A stretch of DNA of 24,292 nucleotides, from positions 1 through 24,292 of the forward strand of contig JAPLDX010000009.1 of NCBI GenBank assembly GCA_026391215.1, read 5' to 3'. Made by a program: the position numbers and the translations under genes. Source of the DNA: Bacteroidia bacterium (GTDB lineage: Bacteria > Bacteroidota > Bacteroidia > Bacteroidales > VadinHA17). The notes beneath the pieces were generated by a model, which was not told where the DNA came from, made no database searches, and was given only the letters and a program-made list of their open reading frames with translations. Of this stretch, positions 16,830 to 24,266 are shown piece after piece. The first letter of the stretch is position 1, and each line of letters opens with the position of its first letter.

Positions 16830-17265
16830 CAGGAGAATAATAAAATTTATCAGGAAACATCGTGTTCTTACCGTGGCAACCTCAGTTGAAAATGAGCCAT
16901 GGTGCGCCAATTGCTTTTATGTTTATCTTGAAGAAGAAAATGCTATAGTATTTACAACAGATCCAACAACCCGGCACGGACAGGAGTTTCTTAAGAATGC
17001 ACAGATCGCCGGTTCCATTGTACTCGAGACTAAGATCATCGGTAAAATACAGGGTATTCAATTTCAGGGGATTGTTTCAGAACCCGAAGGTGAAATGATT
17101 GACAAATCTCAAAAAGCTTATATCAGACAATTTCCTGTTGCGATGCTGATGGATACTCATCTGTGGGTAGTCACTCTCACACATATAAAATATACAGATA
17201 ACAGGCTGGGTTTCGGAAAGAAGCTTATTTGGGAAAAACCCCCCACCCCCCTGAAGGGTGGCTAA
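16822..17265 (+). CDS. Pyridoxamine 5'-phosphate oxidase-like FMN-binding protein (YhbP-like)
   Basis: PWCANCFY, TRHG, IQGIQF.G, KYTDNRLGFGKKL.W; start MIDRRII (16822) overlaps the ubiX end; the last residues PPTPLKGG* are encoded by repeat A4. Confidence 0.8.
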   Translation: MIDRRIIKFIRKHRVLTVATSVENEPWCANCFYVYLEEENAIVFTTDPTTRHGQEFLKNAQIAGSIVLETKIIGKIQGIQFQGIVSEPEGEMIDKSQKAYIRQFPVAMLMDTHLWVVTLTHIKYTDNRLGFGKKLIWEKPPTPLKGG

Positions 17266-17347
17266 AATGAGGAATTAAAATAGTTTTTTTATAAACCAGA
17301 AATTAGGCCCCCTTCAGGGGGCAGGCCAGCTTTATCTGGTCGGGGGT
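17238..17347. repeat. Family A 110-bp doublet (A4)
   Basis: ACCCCCCACCCCCCTGAAGGGTGGCTAA ... AATTAGGCCCCCTTCAGGGGGCAGGCCAGCTTTATCTGGTCGGGGGT, between convergent genes. Confidence 0.85.
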
Positions 17348-17946
17348 TATTTCCTCAGCTGTTGCTTCACGATCTTTGCTATATACTTCCCCAGAATATC
17401 AAACTCAATATTTACTACAGATCCTTTTTTGATCTGGTGGAAATTAGTAACCTCATAAGTAAAGGGAATAATAGCCACCTGGAAAGATTTCGGCTGTGAA
17501 TTTACAACCGTCAGACTGACACCGTTTACTGATACAGATCCCTTTTCCACAGTTAAATAATCATCCTGAAGCGGCTCATATTCAAAGGTATAATACCAGC
17601 TTCCTCCTGCTTCTTTCACATCAGTGCAAACAGCAGTCTGATCAACATGTCCCTGCACCATGTGCCCGTCCAGACGTCCATCAAGCCTGGCGCTGCGTTC
17701 AAGATTCACCTTATCGCCAACCTTCAGCAATCCGAGATTCGATTTTTCAAGTGTTTCCCTTATGGCAGTGACAGTATAGTTGTCTTTATCCTTCTTTACC
17801 ACCGTAAGACATACCCCATTATGGGAAATGCTCTGATCTACCTTAAGCTCCCTGGTAAAAGAACATTTCATGGTGATATGAATATTGTCTTTCTCTTTTT
17901 CAATTTTCACCACAGGTGCAGCTTCTTCTACTATTCCTGAAAACAT
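17347..17946 (-). CDS. ribE: Riboflavin synthase (alpha chain)
   Basis: N-terminal MFSGIVEE, SISHNGVCLTV, VNLER, GHMVQGHVD, KGSVSVNGVSLTV, VNIEFDILGKY (called ribC in E. coli). Confidence 0.95.
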   Translation of the reverse strand: MFSGIVEEAAPVVKIEKEKDNIHITMKCSFTRELKVDQSISHNGVCLTVVKKDKDNYTVTAIRETLEKSNLGLLKVGDKVNLERSARLDGRLDGHMVQGHVDQTAVCTDVKEAGGSWYYTFEYEPLQDDYLTVEKGSVSVNGVSLTVVNSQPKSFQVAIIPFTYEVTNFHQIKKGSVVNIEFDILGKYIAKIVKQQLRK

Positions 17947-18002
17947 AACTATCTCATTTAAGAATACGATTCAAATTTAATAAAATTAAGGATGTGATTA
18001 AG

Positions 18003-18081
18003 AAGTCTTGCAGGTCTTGCAAGTCTTGCCGGTCATGCAGGTCATTTTGTGATATAATGACTTGCACGACTTGCATGACCT
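18003..18081. repeat. Inverted pair of 9-bp tandem arrays
   Basis: Five forward units (AAGTCTTGC AGGTCTTGC AAGTCTTGC CGGTCATGC AGGTCATTT), then about three reverse units (AATGACTTGC ACGACTTGC ATGACCT). Confidence 0.75.
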
Positions 18082-18082
18082 A

Positions 18083-18499
18083 TTATTTATTTCTTCTAAT
18101 TTTCTTCTTATCGACCCGAAACCCATCCTTCTTCCAGGCTGTAATCCCTCCATCAAGGTTGTAGAGTTTCCGGAAACCTTTATCATAGAAAAAGAGCAGG
18201 GCTTTTGTGCTTCTCCCTCCGGAATAACAATAACAGAAAAGAGATAATCTCTTGTCAAGAGTATCTGCAGCGATATCAAAACCTTCAGATGAAGGAAGAA
18301 AAAGCGCTCCCTTGATTCTCGATTTCCGGTACTCGAAAAACTCCCGGACATCAATCAGCAATGCAGAGTCTTCCCTTAAAAATTGCATTTGAAAATCATA
18401 AGGATCAAGAGACTGATATTTAACACTATCGGTAGACTGGGATAGTGTTGCAGTACAAAATGTTAAAAGTATAGTAGTAATAATTAGACTCTTTCTCAT
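18083..18499 (-). CDS. Secreted rhodanese-like domain protein
   Basis: Signal peptide, LIDVRE..EY...RIKGA, CYSGGRS active loop, YNLDGGITAW; start taken at MRKSLII (18499). Confidence 0.85.
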   Translation of the reverse strand: MRKSLIITTILLTFCTATLSQSTDSVKYQSLDPYDFQMQFLREDSALLIDVREFFEYRKSRIKGALFLPSSEGFDIAADTLDKRLSLFCYCYSGGRSTKALLFFYDKGFRKLYNLDGGITAWKKDGFRVDKKKIRRNK

Positions 18500-18576
18500 G
18501 CGGTTCAAGAATGGTGTAAATTACGTAAAAAAAGACATACGGAGTAATACAATATTTATACTTGTTTTGAACAGAG

Positions 18577-18717
18577 AGATTGCTTCGTCTTCCGCTTCGC
18601 GGAATCCTCGTAATGACAGTGCATTCTATTTAGTACTCTTCCTGATCCTATAACAAACTTAATCGAAAGTACAGTCATTGCGAGGAGTCCCGAGTACTCG
18701 GGACGACGAAGCAATCT
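18577..18717. repeat. Family B 141-bp inverted doublet (B2)
   Basis: AGATTGCTTCGTC-[TTCCGCTTCGCGGAA]-TCCTCGTAATGAC ... GTCATTGCGAGGA-[GTCCCGAGTACTCGGGAC]-GACGAAGCAATCT. Confidence 0.9.
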
Positions 18718-18748
18718 TCATGCCCTAAATATAATATTATCGTTAATT

Positions 18749-18776
18749 AACCCCCCTTTAGGGGGGAGAGGGGGGT
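18749..18776. repeat. Solo family A right arm (A5)
   Basis: AACCCCCCTTTAGGGGGGAGAGGGGGGT; identical to 11801-11828 except for a 3-nt linker. Confidence 0.8.
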
Positions 18777-18785
18777 CTTTTTTAT

Positions 18786-18793
18786 TATCTTTG
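18786..18793 (+). promoter_or_regulatory. Bacteroidetes -7 promoter box (TATCTTTG) for ileS
   Basis: TAnnTTTG match about 32 bp upstream of ATG 18826. Confidence 0.55.
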
Positions 18794-18825
18794 TCCGTTT
18801 TTAACGACAATAACTACCTGATATA

Positions 18826-21800
18826 ATGGGGAAAAGGTTTCCAGAATACAAAACTCTTGATCTTTCGAAGATAAACAAGGACATCCTGAAGATATGGGAT
18901 GAGAATGATACCTTCCGGAAAAGTGTACGCGAAATTGACGGCAAAGGTGAATTTGTTTTTTATGAAGGCCCTCCTTCAGCAAACGGGATCCCGGGTATTC
19001 ATCATGTGATGGCACGTACTATAAAGGATACAATATGCCGTTATAAGACACAGTGCGGTTATGAAGTAAAACGCAAGGCTGGATGGGATACTCATGGACT
19101 GCCGATTGAACTGGGGGTTGAAAAAGCTCTTGGCATTACCAAGGAAGACATCGGAACTGAAAAAATATCAATAATAGATTTTAATAAAGCATGCCGCAGA
19201 GATGTTATGCGGTATACCGATCAGTGGGAGGACCTGACGCGTAAAATGGGCTACTGGCTCAATATGGACCATCCTTATTTAACTTATGATAACAGGTATA
19301 TTGAAACTCTGTGGTGGCTCCTGAAACAGCTGTATACAAAGGGTTTTCTGTATCAGGGTTACACAATACAGCCATACTCACCGGCAGCAGGTACCGGGCT
19401 CAGCTCACATGAACTTAACCTCCCGGGATGCTATAAGGATGTAAAGGACACTACATGTATAGCTCTTTTTCAGCTAATCAGGGATGAGAAATCGGAATTC
19501 CTCTTTAACCATAATGATACTCCTTCTGTCCATATAATGGCCTGGACCACAACCCCATGGACACTTCCCTCAAATACAGCTCTGGCAGTAGGCAAAGAGA
19601 TAAAATATATCAAGGTAAGAAGCTTCAATCCCTATTCAGGAGAACCCATAACAGTGATTCTGGCAAAGGATCTTCTTCATTCATTGTTCCCTGAGGCAAA
19701 CGGGGGCATTCACTTTTCGGAATACAAACCTGGAGACAAAAAGGTCCCTTATAAAGTTATTGATGAATTCCCCGGAAGTAAGCTGGAAGGTATTAATTAT
19801 GAACAGCTTATCGATTGGGTGAAACCGGATAAAGGTGCTTTCCGGGTTCTTACAGGCGATTTTGTAACAACAGAGGACGGCACAGGTATTGTTCATATTG
19901 CTCCTACCTTCGGCGCCGACGACTACAAAATAGCAAAGGAATATAATGTTCCTCCCATGATCCTTAAAAGGAAAGACGGCTCAATGGGACCGATGGTCGA
20001 CAAGAAAGGATACATGATACCCATATCTGATCTTGACGATAAATTTGTAAAAGAAAGAGTCAATTTTAATACATATTCAGTTTTTGCCGGACGTCCGGTT
20101 AAAAATGAATATGATGAAAGTCTTTCAGAGAATACTGATACTCTTGATGTTGATATTGCCGTGATGCTGAAACTGAGCGGTAAGGCGTTCAGGATTGAAA
20201 AACAGGTTCACAGCTATCCTCATTGCTGGCGTACCGACAAACCTGTGCTTTATTATCCGCTTGACGCATGGTTTATCCGAACAACAGCATTCCGTGAAAG
20301 ACTGATCGAGCTCAATAATACAATTAACTGGAAACCTCAGTCAACAGGATCCGGCAGATTCGGCAAATGGCTGGAGAACCTGGTGGACTGGAACCTCTCC
20401 AGATCGCGTTTCTGGGGAACACCCTTGCCTATATGGATAACTGAGGACAGGAAAGAAGAAAAATGTATCGGATCAGCTGAAGAGCTTAAAGCTGAAATAG
20501 AAAAATCCATCAAGGCAGGATTCATGAAAAAGAATCCGCTGGCAGCTTTCATTCCCGGTGATAACACTCAGGAAAACTATGAAAAATTTGACCTTCACCG
20601 TCCTTTTGTTGATGAGATAATACTTATAAGTCCTTCAGGTAAGAAGATGTTCCGCGAACCGGATCTCATTGATGTGTGGTTTGACTCAGGCGCTATGCCC
20701 TATGCTCAGGCACACTATCCTTTTGAGAACAAGGAGAACTTCAGCGATAAGTTCCCGGCCGACTTTATAGCCGAAGGTGTTGACCAGACAAGAGGCTGGT
20801 TTTTCACTCTCCATACAATAGCCGTTATGACGTCTGATTCTGTTGCATTTAAAAATATCATATCGAACGGACTTGTACTGGATAAGAACGGAAACAAAAT
20901 GTCGAAGCGCCTTAAAAACGCTGTCGACCCGTTTTCAACTATTGAAGAGTACGGCTCAGATCCCCTGCGCTGGTACATGTTAACCAATGCGCAGCCCTGG
21001 GATAACCTCAAATTCGATTTTGCCGGAGTGGATGAGGTAAAACGCAAGTTCTTCGGTACGCTTTACAACACCTATTCCTTCTTTGCATTATACGCAAATG
21101 TTGATAATTTCAGGTACAACGAAAAAGATATTCCAATAAATGAAAGACCGGAAATTGACCGCTGGATAATCTCTCTTCTTAATTCTCTTGTAAAAGAGGT
21201 TGGCAACTGCTATGAAGACTATGATCTGACCAGGGCAGGGCGCGCAATCCAGGATTTTGTTACTGAAAACCTCAGCAACTGGTACGTACGGCTTAACAGG
21301 AAACGTTACTGGGGAGGCGATTATGATCAGGATAAAATAGCAGCATACCAGGCTCTTTATACCTGCCTGGAGACAATCAGCATGCTTACGGCTCCGATTG
21401 CCCCCTTCTATATGGATATGCTCTTCCGCGACCTTAGCATAACCACCGGGAAATACAAGGAAGAATCGGTACATCTGACAAGATTCCCGAATTACGATGA
21501 GAAGCTAATTGATAAAGATCTTGAAGAGAGGATGGATATTGCACAGAAAATATCTTCAATGATCCTTGGCTTAAGGAGAAAAGTAAGCATTAAAGTAAGG
21601 CAGCCTCTTGCAAAAATAATGATCCCGCTTCCTGACAAGACCTTTAAAAAGAAATTTGAGGCCGTTAAGGATCTGGTGCTTACGGAGGTTAATGTCAAGG
21701 AGGTTGAATATATTGATGACACTGCTGCCATTCTTGTTAAAAAAATTAAGCCCAACTTCAAAACGCTAGGGCCAAAATATGGCAAGCTGATGAAGGAAAT

Positions 21801-22266
21801 AAGCAGTGTTGTTTCCGGACTTTCTCAGCAGGAAATAGTCTCATTTGAAGCAAATAAATCGCATTCGTTCAGTATAAATGAACAGCAGATAACACTTACC
21901 ATTGAAGATGTCGAGATCATTTCCGAAGACATCCCGGGATGGCAGGTAGCCAATGAAGGCAGACTAACAGTTGCCCTCGATATTACAGTTACTGATGAGC
22001 TTCGTTATGAAGGCATTGCAAGGGAGTTCGTTAACCGTATTCAGAACATCCGCAAGGAGAACGGTTATGACGTAACTGATAAAATAACAGTTCAGATTGA
22101 GGATCACGAATTTGTCCATGAAGCGATAAAAAGGCATGCAGCTTATATTGGTTCGCAAACCCTGGCGACCTCGGTCTCTTTGGCGGCATTAGTAAAAAGT
22201 TCTGGCTCCAGGGAGGTTGAAATTGATGAAGTCGTTATAAAAATACTTGTTAATAAGGCTGGTTGA
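18826..22266 (+). CDS. ileS: Isoleucine--tRNA ligase (long, type 2-like)
   Basis: EGPPSANG.PGIHH, GWDTHGLP, AWTTTPWTLPSN, GTGIVH, DWNLSRSRFWGTP, DVWFDSG, EGVDQTRGWF, KMSKR. Confidence 0.97.
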   Translation: MGKRFPEYKTLDLSKINKDILKIWDENDTFRKSVREIDGKGEFVFYEGPPSANGIPGIHHVMARTIKDTICRYKTQCGYEVKRKAGWDTHGLPIELGVEKALGITKEDIGTEKISIIDFNKACRRDVMRYTDQWEDLTRKMGYWLNMDHPYLTYDNRYIETLWWLLKQLYTKGFLYQGYTIQPYSPAAGTGLSSHELNLPGCYKDVKDTTCIALFQLIRDEKSEFLFNHNDTPSVHIMAWTTTPWTLPSNTALAVGKEIKYIKVRSFNPYSGEPITVILAKDLLHSLFPEANGGIHFSEYKPGDKKVPYKVIDEFPGSKLEGINYEQLIDWVKPDKGAFRVLTGDFVTTEDGTGIVHIAPTFGADDYKIAKEYNVPPMILKRKDGSMGPMVDKKGYMIPISDLDDKFVKERVNFNTYSVFAGRPVKNEYDESLSENTDTLDVDIAVMLKLSGKAFRIEKQVHSYPHCWRTDKPVLYYPLDAWFIRTTAFRERLIELNNTINWKPQSTGSGRFGKWLENLVDWNLSRSRFWGTPLPIWITEDRKEEKCIGSAEELKAEIEKSIKAGFMKKNPLAAFIPGDNTQENYEKFDLHRPFVDEIILISPSGKKMFREPDLIDVWFDSGAMPYAQAHYPFENKENFSDKFPADFIAEGVDQTRGWFFTLHTIAVMTSDSVAFKNIISNGLVLDKNGNKMSKRLKNAVDPFSTIEEYGSDPLRWYMLTNAQPWDNLKFDFAGVDEVKRKFFGTLYNTYSFFALYANVDNFRYNEKDIPINERPEIDRWIISLLNSLVKEVGNCYEDYDLTRAGRAIQDFVTENLSNWYVRLNRKRYWGGDYDQDKIAAYQALYTCLETISMLTAPIAPFYMDMLFRDLSITTGKYKEESVHLTRFPNYDEKLIDKDLEERMDIAQKISSMILGLRRKVSIKVRQPLAKIMIPLPDKTFKKKFEAVKDLVLTEVNVKEVEYIDDTAAILVKKIKPNFKTLGPKYGKLMKEISSVVSGLSQQEIVSFEANKSHSFSINEQQITLTIEDVEIISEDIPGWQVANEGRLTVALDITVTDELRYEGIAREFVNRIQNIRKENGYDVTDKITVQIEDHEFVHEAIKRHAAYIGSQTLATSVSLAALVKSSGSREVEIDEVVIKILVNKAG

Positions 22267-22275
22267 AACCGAAAG

Positions 22276-22409
22276 GGATTGCTTCGTCTTCCCGAGTACT
22301 CGGGAATCCTCGCAATGACGGTATACGCATTTAGTTTGGGCTCAGTTCAACTGTAACAGCATTGAATGTACCGTCATTGCGAACCCGACGAAGGAGGGAG
22401 AAGCAATCT
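22276..22409. repeat. Family B 134-bp inverted doublet (B3)
   Basis: GGATTGCTTCGTC-[TTCCCGAGTACTCGGGAA]-TCCTCGCAATGACGGTA ... TACCGTCATTGCGAA-[CCCGACGAAGGAGGG]-AGAAGCAATCT, 9 bp after the ileS stop. Confidence 0.88.
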
Positions 22410-22460
22410 CACCGACTTTGTACCAATTTTGGTACATTTGTATTAAAATAAGCCTCAGAA

Positions 22461-23390
22461 ATGAAACATATATTAGTTACCGGCGGTGCCGGCTTTATCG
22501 GATCACATCTTTGCGAAAAACTGCTGACTCAGGGCAATGAAGTTATCTGTCTCGACAATTATTTCACCGGTTCAAAAGAGAACATTATACATCTTCTTGA
22601 TGATCATCATTTTGAGGTAATCCGTCACGATATAACTATGCCGGTATTTATTGAAGTTGATGAGATATATAATCTTGCCTGTCCCGCATCGCCTGTGCAC
22701 TACCAGTACAACGGCATCAAGACAATAAAAACCTCAGTGATGGGGGCGATAAATACTCTCGGACTGGCAAAAAGGACTAAAGCCAGGGTACTGCAGGCCT
22801 CAACCAGCGAGATCTATGGTGATCCTTCGGTTCATCCCCAGACTGAAGATTACTGGGGAAATGTCAATACCCTGGGACCGCGGGCATGTTATGATGAAGG
22901 AAAACGGTGTGCCGAAACGCTCTTTATGAATTATCATGTGCAAAACAAAGTCCGGGTAAAGATCGCCAGGATTTTTAATACCTATGGCCCCAGGATGAAT
23001 TCAAATGACGGCAGGGTTGTATCGAATTTCATCGTTCAGGCACTGAAAGGGGAGGATATAACGATCTTTGGCGACGGTACCCACACACGGAGCTTTCAGT
23101 ACATAGATGACCTGGTTGATGGCCTGATAAAGCTCATGAACACCCCCGATAACTTCACCGGACCGGTCAATCTGGGAAATCCTGGAGAAATATCAATCAG
23201 TGAACTGGCAAAGTTGGTCATCCGGATGACAGGTTCAAAGTCAGAAATCACCTATATGCCTCTTCCTGAAGATGATCCGAGGCAGAGGAAGCCGGATATA
23301 AGTCTGGCAATGAGGGAATTGAAATGGCAACCGGTGATAACCCTGGAGAATGGATTGGAAAAGACTATAAAGTACTTTCGGTCTCTTTGA
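22461..23390 (+). CDS. UDP-glucuronate decarboxylase (UDP-xylose synthase) family SDR
   Basis: [64 protein letters not shown]; TACATTTG box at 22433-22440. Confidence 0.93.
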   Translation: MKHILVTGGAGFIGSHLCEKLLTQGNEVICLDNYFTGSKENIIHLLDDHHFEVIRHDITMPVFIEVDEIYNLACPASPVHYQYNGIKTIKTSVMGAINTLGLAKRTKARVLQASTSEIYGDPSVHPQTEDYWGNVNTLGPRACYDEGKRCAETLFMNYHVQNKVRVKIARIFNTYGPRMNSNDGRVVSNFIVQALKGEDITIFGDGTHTRSFQYIDDLVDGLIKLMNTPDNFTGPVNLGNPGEISISELAKLVIRMTGSKSEITYMPLPEDDPRQRKPDISLAMRELKWQPVITLENGLEKTIKYFRSL

Positions 23391-23500
23391 CCCCCCAACC
23401 CCCCTAAAGGGGGGCTAATTCCAAATTGTTTACAAGACTATTATATATTTGGGATTTAGGCCCCCTTTAGGGGGCAGGACAGCTTTAGCTGGCCGGGGGT
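23390..23500. repeat. Family A 111-bp doublet (A6)
   Basis: ACCCCCCAACCCCCCTAAAGGGGGGCTAATTCCAAAT ... ATTTGGGATTTAGGCCCCCTTTAGGGGGCAGGACAGCTTTAGCTGGCCGGGGGT; the first base is the A of the upstream TGA stop. Confidence 0.87.
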
Positions 23501-23507
23501 GAATAAT

Positions 23508-23537
23508 AAAAAAAGCCGCCCCATCTCTGAAGCGGCT
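23508..23537 (-). terminator. Rho-independent terminator downstream of dksA
   Basis: Minus strand AGCCGCTTCA-GAGA-TGGGGCGGCT-TTTTTT: a 10-bp stem with two G-U pairs, a GNRA loop and a U-tract. Confidence 0.7.
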
Positions 23538-23556
23538 ACTATCTAAAGTATAATTA

Positions 23557-23604
23557 ACGCCATCATGCCGTTACGCCTTTACGCCCCTGCGCCGTTGTGC
23601 CTTT
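23557..23604. repeat. Six-copy degenerate 8-bp tandem array
   Basis: ACGCCATC ATGCCGTT ACGCCTTT ACGCCCCT GCGCCGTT GTGCCTTT, overlapping the dksA stop. Confidence 0.7.
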
Positions 23605-23980
23605 ATTTCTGTTTCATTTTCGCATCTATGCACAGCGTCGCATGAGGAACTGCACGTAATCTTTCTTTAGAGATCAGTTTGCCCGTCTCCCGGCAGATAC
23701 CATAGGTTTTATTCTCAATCCTTACAAGTGCAGCCTGAAGATGTTGTATGAATTTAAGCTGACGCTGTGCCAGTCTGCCGGCTTCTTCTTTTGATAAAGT
23801 AGTAGCTCCCTCCTCCAGGACTTTGAAAGTGGGAGAAGTATCCATGGTGTCGTTGCTCTCTTCGTGAGTTATGCTGGATTTGAGTATTTCATAATCTTTC
23901 TTGGCCTTATCCAGCTTCGCAAGGATGATCTGCCTGAATTCCTCAAGCTCCTCATCCGAATATCTTGTTTTCTCAGCCAT
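23603..23980 (-). CDS. dksA: TraR/DksA family transcription regulator
   Basis: RYSDEELEEFR, coiled coil, AALVRIENKTYGICRETGKLI.KERLRAVPHATLC; TACCTTTG box at 24005-24012. Confidence 0.88.
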   Translation of the reverse strand: MAEKTRYSDEELEEFRQIILAKLDKAKKDYEILKSSITHEESNDTMDTSPTFKVLEEGATTLSKEEAGRLAQRQLKFIQHLQAALVRIENKTYGICRETGKLISKERLRAVPHATLCIDAKMKQK

Positions 23981-24129
23981 CGCAAAACGGTATTAAATTA
24001 TGGGCAAAGGTAGAGTTTTTTAATTAATATTAAAATATAGGGAATTTCCCCTGAATCCACTTTTTCTGTTTGATATTTCTACATTAATTATTTATAAAAC
24101 AATAGGTTAAAGCATTTAATATTATTCTT

Positions 24130-24266
24130 GTTCATTTCTTTTGCTCCTCCAAAAGAAATGAACCAAAGAAAAGGAGGCCGGAAATGACAACCACAGCCTG
24201 TTTGTCCACCCGCTACACCAAGCCTTTACCCGCCACCAAACAGGCTGCGGTTCGCACCATTTCCGG
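24130..24266. other. Structured non-coding element: hairpin with potential pseudoknot plus a long second stem
   Basis: Perfect 14-bp stem GTTCATTTCTTTTG/CAAAAGAAATGAAC; loop CTCCT complementary to AGGAG (24172-24176); stems CCGGAAATG/CATTTCCGG and AACCACAGCCTGTTTG/CAAACAGGCTGCGGTT. Confidence 0.6.

Noticed and set aside
17947-18082. FMN riboswitch upstream of riboflavin synthase
   Set aside because: No RFN consensus is visible; the region is filled by the 9-mer arrays and the promoter box is only about 25 bp from the start.
17998-18354. 118-aa ORF with a Cys-rich CKSCK/TCKTCKT tail as a metal-binding protein
   Set aside because: It is an alternative frame over the rhodanese gene, and the Cys periodicity is simply the translated 9-bp repeat.
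18577-18790. Structured ileS leader as a T-box riboswitch
   Set aside because: The structure is a family B repeat also found at unrelated loci, it lies upstream of the predicted promoter box, and no T-box consensus is visible.
11226-23500. Dispersed palindromic repeats as a CRISPR array
   Set aside because: Copies are kilobases apart and arranged as inverted doublets, not regularly spaced direct repeats; no cas genes are present.
18826-23980. GIHH in place of HIGH in IleRS, and only two Cys in the DksA zinc-finger region
   Set aside because: To my knowledge both are ordinary variants in Bacteroidetes orthologs.
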